64,000 nucleotides of DNA, taken from assembly GCA_963828735.1 (NCBI GenBank), contig CAWHFW010000002.1, positions 864,001 through 928,000 of the forward strand, written 5' to 3'. A program made the translations under genes and the position numbers. The stretch is from an uncultured Gemmatimonadales bacterium. GTDB lineage: Bacteria > Gemmatimonadota > Gemmatimonadetes > Gemmatimonadales > GWC2-71-9. The notes below the pieces were generated by a model. The model searched no databases and was not told the DNA's origin. It worked only from the letters and a program-made list of their open reading frames with translations. This document shows, piece after piece, positions 58,301 through 64,000 of this stretch (position 1 is its first letter; each line of letters starts with the position of its first letter).

Positions 58301-58868
58301 CGAGCTGTTCGGCACGCGGACGACGGCCACGCTCGGCGAGTGGAGCGAGCATCAGGTGACCGTCGCGGCGGTCGTCACCGGCGTGAAGCGCCAGATCTCG
58401 AAGAAGACGGGCAAGGAATACGCGCGGCTCGTCGTGGAGGATTTCCACGGAACCGCCGAGGCCATCGTCTTCCCGGACGCCTGGGCCAAGCTCAACGGCA
58501 CGATCGTGCCCGACGCCGCGTTGCTGCTCACCGGCGGCTACAGCGATCGGGATCGCGGCGAGGACCACGCGCCCTTCATCGTGGAGGCCGCGCGCGCGCT
58601 CGACGAGCTCAAGACGTCGGGCGCGGTGGCGCTGAGCCTGCGCTGGCGTTCGCCGTCGGCCCCCGAGCCGGAGGCGCTGCGGGCCGCGGCGGCGCTCTGC
58701 TCCGCCCATCCCGGTCCCACGCCCCTGTATATTGAGTGGAGCGACGGGAACGGGGAGTCGGTCCGGCTCCGGTCCCGTCGCGTCCGCGTCGCGGCGGAGG
58801 AGGATCTCGTACGGGCCCTGCGCGATCTCCTCGGCGCCGATTCCGTCCACTACATCAAGGCGGGTTGA
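55389..58868 (+). CDS. dnaE: DNA polymerase III alpha subunit
   Basis: PHP motifs [13 protein letters not shown] and [29 protein letters not shown] fold. Confidence 0.97.
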   Translation: MSFVHLHTHSEYSLLDGASQIPDLVAHVKKLGMDSLAVTDHGNMHAAWSFYEEAKAQKLRPILGFEAYLAFGPRQAREKPANAPAAYSHLVLLAKNRAGYKNLVRLTSIGFTEGFYRRPRIDRESLERYSEGVVCLAACLSGEVSLHLRQGRYEEAKRTAEWFSRVFGPDGFWLEVQHHGIAEERLVTEGMLRLGQELGVGVVATNDAHYLRREDAESHDVLLAIGTGSDLDDPKRFRFTGEESYVKSEKEMKALFPDHPEVLANTQIVANLCEFDFEKRYFLPGFPRPAGYSTDEALLGDLARRGAEHRYGTPLPPAVEERLAYELGVITTAGYAGYFLIVQDFIAAARERGIPVGPGRGSAAGSIVAYALGITNVCPLRFDLLFERFLNPERVSMPDIDVDFCFERRGEVIEYVRQRYGRSSVGQIVTFGTMKARAAVKDVARVLRIPPGEADRLTKLIPSGPAYSLTIPEAEKKVDELRDLVKGNPGYRRLLDLSSRIEGISRHMSVHAAGVVIAPGPLAEYVPVCTAPTRGAGAAADGEESIITQYEMGALEKVGMLKMDMLGLKTLTVIHDAGLMIAARTGVDVDMDTLPFDDPKVYELLRHGRTAGVFQFESPLATDTLRAMKCDRFDDLVASNALLRPGPLDAGMHTVFIRRKLGLEKVTYPHPSLQEVLEPTYGVITYQEQVMRIANVLAGFTLAEADVLRKAVGKKDADLIKKELGKFCERAMALGHPKRLVDDLAAQIETFGRYGFNKSHSVAYSVLSYQTAWLKAHYPAEFMAALLSSEIGNTDKVVQYINEARELDLEVLPPDVNESGFKFTVVGDHRIRFGLGAIRNVGWGAIESIIAARQDAAFTTLADFVERIDLRLCNKRVLESLIVAGACDGLGGHRKQLCEALDAVLGEAQLLQAEQEAGQASLFGESTTPRPRRIDLPDVPPWTEAERLVKEKEVLGFFISGHPLERFRSEVELFGTRTTATLGEWSEHQVTVAAVVTGVKRQISKKTGKEYARLVVEDFHGTAEAIVFPDAWAKLNGTIVPDAALLLTGGYSDRDRGEDHAPFIVEAARALDELKTSGAVALSLRWRSPSAPEPEALRAAAALCSAHPGPTPLYIEWSDGNGESVRLRSRRVRVAAEEDLVRALRDLLGADSVHYIKAG

Positions 58869-58873
58869 TCCCG

Positions 58874-59839
58874 ATGCCCTCAGCGTATTCGCTGGACTTC
58901 GAGAAGCCGCTGCAGGAGCTGGAGCGGCAGATCGAAGATCTGAAGCGGATCGGCACCGAACGGCAGATCGATATCGACGGCGAGCTCGAGGGCCTCCAGG
59001 GCAAGCTCGAGTCGCTCCGGGCGGACATCTATCGAAATCTCACGCCCATCCAGCGGGTCATGGTCGCCCGCCACCCCCGCCGCCCCTACACCCTCGATTA
59101 CCTCAGCACGATCTTCACCGACTTCATCGAACTGCACGGCGACCGCCTGTACCTGGACGACCTCGCGATCGTCGGCGGATGGGCGCGCCTCGCCGGCATC
59201 TCGGTGATGGTCATCGGGCATCAGAAGGGCCGGGACACGAAGGAGAACCTGAAGCGCAACTTCGGCATGCCACATCCCGAGGGCTACCGCAAGGCGCTTC
59301 GACTCATGAAGCTCGGCGCGAAGTTCAACGCGCCCGTCATCACGCTCATCGATACGCCGGGCGCCTACCCCGGCCTGGGAGCCGAGGAGCGCGGCCAGTC
59401 GGAGGCACTGGCGCGCAACATCCTCGAGATGTCGGCCCTGCCCACACCCGCCGTCGCCGTGGTCATCGGCGAGGGCGGCTCGGGCGGCGCGCTCGCGCTC
59501 GGCGTCGCCGACCGGATCCTCATGCTGGAGAACTCGGTGTATTCGGTGATTTCGCCCGAGGGCTGCGCCGCCATCCTGTGGAAGGACGCGAGCCAGCGCG
59601 AGCGCGCCGCCGAAGCGCTCAAGCTCACGGCCGAGGATCTCCTGCGGCTCAAGGTCATCGACGAGATCGTCAAGGAGCCCGTCGGGGGCGCCCACATCGA
59701 CCCCGATGCCACCGGCGAGGCGCTCCGCGAAGCCCTGATCCGGCACGTCACCGAGCTCCGGAAGCTGCGACCGGAGAAGTTGGTCCGCCGCCGCGCCGAG
59801 AAGTACGCGGCCATGGGCGCCTACACCGAGGCCGGATGA
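58874..59839 (+). CDS. accA: Acetyl-CoA carboxylase carboxyltransferase alpha
   Basis: [44 protein letters not shown]. Confidence 0.96.
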   Translation: MPSAYSLDFEKPLQELERQIEDLKRIGTERQIDIDGELEGLQGKLESLRADIYRNLTPIQRVMVARHPRRPYTLDYLSTIFTDFIELHGDRLYLDDLAIVGGWARLAGISVMVIGHQKGRDTKENLKRNFGMPHPEGYRKALRLMKLGAKFNAPVITLIDTPGAYPGLGAEERGQSEALARNILEMSALPTPAVAVVIGEGGSGGALALGVADRILMLENSVYSVISPEGCAAILWKDASQRERAAEALKLTAEDLLRLKVIDEIVKEPVGGAHIDPDATGEALREALIRHVTELRKLRPEKLVRRRAEKYAAMGAYTEAG

Positions 59840-61053
59840 GCCAAACGGTCGAGGTCCGCTTCAAGGGCACGCGGAAGGCGTATTTCGTCTGGTCGGACCC
59901 CGAGACGCCGCTGCGCGTCGGCGAGGCGGTCCTGGTCGAGGCCGAGCGCGGCCGCGACCTCGGCCGGATCACCGCGGTGGGTGACGTCGCCGCGAAGAAG
60001 TGCGGTGGTGGCTGCACGGGGTGCGCGGTCGGCGGCGAAGCCACCAGCGCGGAGCCTGCGCCGCCCAAGCCGGTCGTCCGGCGCGCCACACGCGACGACG
60101 TGCGCGTGTACGACGAGAATCGTCGCTCCGAGGACGACGCCCGCCGGAAGGTGATCGAGCGCGTGCGCACGCACGACCTGGTGATGAAGGTGAGCGACAC
60201 CGAATGGCAGTGGGATCGGAACAAGCTCACCATCTACTTCACCGCGGAGAAGCGCGTCGACTTCCGCGCCCTCGTCCGGGACCTCGCCTCGCTGTTCCGC
60301 ACCCGCATCGAGCTCCGGCAGATCGGCGTCCGCGACGAGGCCGCGCGGCTGTCTGGTGTCGGACGCTGCGGCCGCGAGTACTGCTGCTCGTCGTGGCTCA
60401 AGGAGCTTTCGCCGGTCAACCTGGGGCTCGCCAAGGACCAGCATCTCTCCCTCAACCCCAGCCAGATCTCGGGGGGATGCGGTCGCCTGCTCTGCTGCCT
60501 CAAGTACGAGCACGAGTTCTACGTCACCGCCCGCCGGCGCTTCCCCAAGGAGGGAAAGACCCTCTCGACCGCGCGGGGCCCCGAGCGCGTCGTCGCGGTG
60601 GACATCTTCCGCGAGCGGGTGTTCCTCCGGAGCGAGGAGCATGGACCACGTATCATCCCCCTCGTGCAGCTGCGCGAAGAGGTCGAGGCCCTGGGTGAAG
60701 TGCTGATGACCGCCGAGACCCGGGGTCGCATGGCGGCGGCCGAGGCGCCGCGGGCGAAAGCGTCGCCGTCCGAACCGGACGCGGTCGTCGGCGGGTTGCC
60801 CGACGAAGGACCGGACATCGGCGGGAGCGGCGTCAATGCCGACACGGTCGCGCCGGACGTCCCGGCAGGACCGGTGGCTGGCCGGCCGCATCGCCGGCGC
60901 CGCCGGCGACACCGTGGCGGGGGAGCCGGCGGAAGCGGAGGCCCGGACCCCGGCGGCCCTAGCGGCGGCGGCCCTGACGGCGGCGGCCCGGCGGGGGGCG
61001 GACCGGGAGGCGGCCCTTCCAACGGCGCGCCTGGCGGCGGCGGACCGGGTTAG
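59836..61053 (+). CDS. ricT: PSP1-domain regulatory Fe-S protein RicT (YaaT)
   Basis: [44 protein letters not shown]. Confidence 0.9.
   Translation: MSQTVEVRFKGTRKAYFVWSDPETPLRVGEAVLVEAERGRDLGRITAVGDVAAKKCGGGCTGCAVGGEATSAEPAPPKPVVRRATRDDVRVYDENRRSEDDARRKVIERVRTHDLVMKVSDTEWQWDRNKLTIYFTAEKRVDFRALVRDLASLFRTRIELRQIGVRDEAARLSGVGRCGREYCCSSWLKELSPVNLGLAKDQHLSLNPSQISGGCGRLLCCLKYEHEFYVTARRRFPKEGKTLSTARGPERVVAVDIFRERVFLRSEEHGPRIIPLVQLREEVEALGEVLMTAETRGRMAAAEAPRAKASPSEPDAVVGGLPDEGPDIGGSGVNADTVAPDVPAGPVAGRPHRRRRRRHRGGGAGGSGGPDPGGPSGGGPDGGGPAGGGPGGGPSNGAPGGGGPG
60916..61050 (+). repeat. Gly/Pro tandem repeat in the RicT C-terminus
   Basis: [38 protein letters not shown]; about 15-nt GGCGGCCC-based units. 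Confidence 0.7.
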
Positions 61054-61089
61054 ATTCCGGACGCCGGGACCGAGGGTGCGCTTGGGCGA

Positions 61090-61171
61090 CCGAGCCATCC
61101 GGAAATGACAAACGAGGGATCTTCTCTGCCGGGATCGCGTCCGGGCGAGTGGATCCCTCGCTTCGCTCGGG
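61090..61171. repeat. REP-like palindromic element
   Basis: CCGAGC...CGAGGGATC...GGATCCCTCGCTTCGCTCGGG nested inverted repeats. Confidence 0.55.
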
Positions 61172-61222
61172 TAACCGTGTGCCGGCCAGCCGGCTCAGGC
61201 GAGCGACTACAAGGAGTCGTCC

Positions 61223-62737
61223 GTGCCCAAGTTCTACATCACGACCGCCATCGATTACTCGAACGGTGACCCCCACCTCGGGCATGCGCTCGAGAAGGTC
61301 GGCGCCGACTGCATCGCGCGCTACCGTCGCCTGCGCGGGAACGACGTCCACTTCCTGATGGGCATGGACGAGCACTCGCAGGCGGTGCTGCAGGCGGCCG
61401 AGCAGAACCGGCTCGAGCCGAAGGCCTGGGTTGACCGGATGGCCGCCACGTTCGAGGGGTATTGGCGACGCCTGGAGTGCAGCAACGACGACTGGATCCG
61501 CACGACCGAGCCACGGCATCACCGAGGCACGACCGCTCTGCTCGAGCAGATCGCGCGCGTGAGCCCGGACGACCTGTTTGTGGGCGAATACGAGGGGCTC
61601 TACTGCTTCGGCTGCGAGGAGTTCAAGCAGCCGACGCAGATCGTCGACGGGCACTGCATCGAGCACCCCACGCTCGAGCTCGTGCCCACCAGGGAGCGCA
61701 ACCACTTCTTCCGCCTGAGCCGATACCGTGATCGCCTCCTCACCCTGATCCGCTCGGGCGAGTTCCGGGTCGAGCCGGCGATCCGGCGGAACGAAATCGT
61801 CCGATTGCTGGAGGATGGCCTCCAGGACATCTCGGTGAGCCGGAACCGGCAGGCGTGGGGCATCCCGTTTCCCGGCGACCCCGAGCAGACCGTGTACGTC
61901 TGGTTCGACGCGCTCATCAACTACCTCTCGGCCACGGGATATCCCGAGCCGGGATACGAGCGTCTGTGGCCCGCCGACCTCCACGTCGTGGGCAAGGGCA
62001 TCACGCGCTTCCATTGCGTCATCTGGCCCGCGATGCTGCTCAGCGCCGGCGTGGCCTTGCCCCGCGAGGTCTGGGCGCACGGATACGTTCAGTGGGAGGG
62101 CACGAAGATGTCGAAGTCGGCCGGGACGGCCGTGAGCCTGGGCGAGGCGATCGAGCGCCACGGCCCCGACGCGCTTCGCTACTTCCTGCTCCGCGAGGTT
62201 GGCTTCGAGGCCGACGGCAACTTCACGTGGGACCGGTTCGACGAGCGGTACACCGCGGACCTGGCGGACGGCCTGGGGAACCTGGCGTCGCGGTCTCTGG
62301 CGATGGTGGCCAAGTACCGGACCGGCGTGGTGCCCTCCTCGACGAGCGACACCTCGCTCGACGACGCGGGGCGCAGTGCGATCGCCGCGTACGCGCGGGC
62401 CATGGATGCGCTGGACCTCCGTGGTGGCGCGGAGGCGGCCTGGGATCTGGTCGCGAAGGCAAACCTGTATATCCAGCAGGTCGCGCCCTGGGCGCTCGCC
62501 AAGGCGGGCCTGGAGGCGGAGCTCGAGGCCGCCCTGGCCGCGCTGGCCCGTGCGCTCTACCGGCTGGCCGTATTGGCCACGCCGTTCATCCCCGGCAAAG
62601 CCCAACTCCTCTGGCAATCGCTCGGGCGCGCACCAGAGGAGCTGAGGGACAGTTGGTTGCACCTCCAGGCGCCGCCGGTCGCGGGGGCAGCTACCAACAA
62701 ACCCGAGGTGTTGTTCCCCAAGCCCCAGAGTGTCTAG
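61223..62737 (+). CDS. metG: Methionine--tRNA ligase (short form, no C-terminal tRNA-binding domain)
   Basis: YITTAIDY, HLGH, G.DEH, YVWFDAL.NY, KMSKS; AAGGAG RBS. Confidence 0.95.
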   Translation: MPKFYITTAIDYSNGDPHLGHALEKVGADCIARYRRLRGNDVHFLMGMDEHSQAVLQAAEQNRLEPKAWVDRMAATFEGYWRRLECSNDDWIRTTEPRHHRGTTALLEQIARVSPDDLFVGEYEGLYCFGCEEFKQPTQIVDGHCIEHPTLELVPTRERNHFFRLSRYRDRLLTLIRSGEFRVEPAIRRNEIVRLLEDGLQDISVSRNRQAWGIPFPGDPEQTVYVWFDALINYLSATGYPEPGYERLWPADLHVVGKGITRFHCVIWPAMLLSAGVALPREVWAHGYVQWEGTKMSKSAGTAVSLGEAIERHGPDALRYFLLREVGFEADGNFTWDRFDERYTADLADGLGNLASRSLAMVAKYRTGVVPSSTSDTSLDDAGRSAIAAYARAMDALDLRGGAEAAWDLVAKANLYIQQVAPWALAKAGLEAELEAALAALARALYRLAVLATPFIPGKAQLLWQSLGRAPEELRDSWLHLQAPPVAGAATNKPEVLFPKPQSV

Positions 62738-62940
62738 AACTTAGGCTGTCAATAAGCAAAACTATTTGACAGTAAAGCACTTAGTATAGGGTCTAAAAGC
62801 TTGACTATGCCGGAGCCGTGGGCCAGGTTTTGCGTGGCCGTTGTGTGTCGGGTCACCTCCCGCGGCACACGGTCAGCTCAGATTGTTTTTGCGGCGCGGC
62901 CGAAGATTCGAGATTCGGCAGCCAGCTTCAGGGAGCGCGC

Positions 62941-63870
62941 ATGGCCAAACGCCGTCGCTGGACGGTGGTATTCGTACCTCACGGGTCGGAGCCTTCGAGG
63001 ATCGTCGAAGTTTCCTACGGCGTGATCAAGATGGCAGTCGGCGGTGTGGCGCTCGGTGTGGCCGCGGCGTTGCTCGTCGGCTATGCCACGGTGGCCCGCA
63101 CGGTGGACCTCTCGCAATCCAGCCGGCTCCAGGAAGAAAATTCGCGGCTCTCCCGGGAGATCGGCGAGATGCACGGCCGACTTTCCAACCTGTCGGACAC
63201 CCTGACGAAGATCAGCGAGCAGGACGCCAAGATCCGCGTGCTCGCCAACCTCGACCCGATCGACCCGTCGGTCCAGGAGGCCGGTATCGGCGGCCCGACG
63301 CTCGCCCCGCGGCCGGTGCTACCCAACGCCGGGCCGGCGGTGCGCAAGTCGCAGGAAATCCGCGTCGACCTCAACGCCCTGATCCGCCGGGCCAACCTGC
63401 TGGCCTCCTCCTTCGAGGAAGCCAAGGACAGCCTGGCCAGTCACTCCCAGCGCCTGGCCGCCACTCCGTCCATCATGCCGACGCAAGGCTGGCTCACGAG
63501 CGCCTTCTCGGCCATGCGTGAGCATCCGATCCTCCACATCGCCCGGCCCCACGAGGGGATCGACGTGACGGCGCCGATGGGGAGCCCGATCGAGGCGCCG
63601 GCCGCGGGGACCGTGACCGACGCCGGGTGGGAGACGGGGTACGGCAACACCATCACCATCGATCATGGCTACGGCGTGGTCACCAAGTTCGCGCACTGCT
63701 CCAAGCTGCTGGTCAAGACCGGCCAGCGGGTCTCGCGCGGCCAGCGCATCGCGCTGGTCGGCAGCACGGGCCTCGCCACCGGTCCGCACCTCCACTACGA
63801 GGTGCACGTGAACGGGCGCCCCGTGGATCCGCTCAGGTACGTGCTGCCCGATCATGTCGTGACGGATTAG
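62941..63870 (+). CDS. M23 family metallopeptidase with TM and coiled coil
   Basis: HEGID, GYGN, HCS, STGLATGPHLHYEV; GGGAG RBS. Confidence 0.92.
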   Translation: MAKRRRWTVVFVPHGSEPSRIVEVSYGVIKMAVGGVALGVAAALLVGYATVARTVDLSQSSRLQEENSRLSREIGEMHGRLSNLSDTLTKISEQDAKIRVLANLDPIDPSVQEAGIGGPTLAPRPVLPNAGPAVRKSQEIRVDLNALIRRANLLASSFEEAKDSLASHSQRLAATPSIMPTQGWLTSAFSAMREHPILHIARPHEGIDVTAPMGSPIEAPAAGTVTDAGWETGYGNTITIDHGYGVVTKFAHCSKLLVKTGQRVSRGQRIALVGSTGLATGPHLHYEVHVNGRPVDPLRYVLPDHVVTD

Positions 63871-63896
63871 CAGCCGACGACCAACCGTCCAAAATC

Positions 63897-63934
63897 GACA
63901 GCCCCCGGATCCAGTTCCGGGGGCTGTCTCTGTT
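63897..63934 (+). terminator. Intrinsic terminator
   Basis: GACAGCCCCCGGA-tccagt-TCCGGGGGCTGTC then TCTGTT. Confidence 0.75.
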
Positions 63935-64000
63935 CGAGGAGTCGTCGTCAGCCCAGGCAGTAGCAGACGGACCGATCCGATCGCGACGTCGAGGCCTCGC

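Noticed and set aside
54840..58850. 1336-aa minus-strand ORF
   Set aside because: Antisense shadow of hisIE/dnaE with no motifs; long shadow ORFs are expected at this GC content.
55389..58868. Intein in DnaE (or Lhr)
   Set aside because: Lengths are normal and no splice-junction motifs or insertions were seen.
60916..61050. CRISPR-like or non-coding repeat array
   Set aside because: In-frame Gly/Pro codon repeats with no spacers; no cas genes in the window.
61054..61222. T-box or SAM riboswitch upstream of metG
   Set aside because: No T-box consensus (GGTGGNACCGCG) and no SAM-I core; the region is explained by a REP-like hairpin.

Overview
A GC-rich (about 70% by eye), densely coding bacterial chromosomal window. 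Gene content and style suggest Gemmatimonadota (inference only). I found no rRNA, tRNA, CRISPR array, transposase, integrase or prophage. The roughly 65 genes fall into these blocks: (1) a minus-strand run of two SRPBCC proteins, a TrxB-like oxidoreductase and a Tat lipoprotein cut by the window edge; (2) TauE-YbhB-SodC, followed by the ligase-associated DNA-repair cluster (MBL exonuclease, frameshifted ATP-dependent ligase, an extra MBL hydrolase, Lhr helicase, PdeM); (3) a POT peptide transporter, DUF1028 and a coiled-coil protein; (4) a hybrid histidine kinase, GT4, GT2, DUF3108 and a DHS-like gene; (5) a split DUF4331 pair, TPR, HupE/UreJ, DUF6702, SigK-like ECF/RskA, DUF1684 and TlpA, with a candidate ECF promoter; (6) a cupredoxin with Glu at the axial Met site, an OFA transporter with a small subunit, a PQQ dehydrogenase with a D-x-D lanthanide-type motif, and a porin; (7) lipA-pdhABC-lpdA-lipB; (8) peptidases; (9) hisIE-dnaE-accA-ricT-metG-M23. 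Blocks 6 and 5 are the best candidates for poorly described systems. Two single-base frameshifts may be sequencing indels. All family calls come from recognising motifs by eye; no database search was run.
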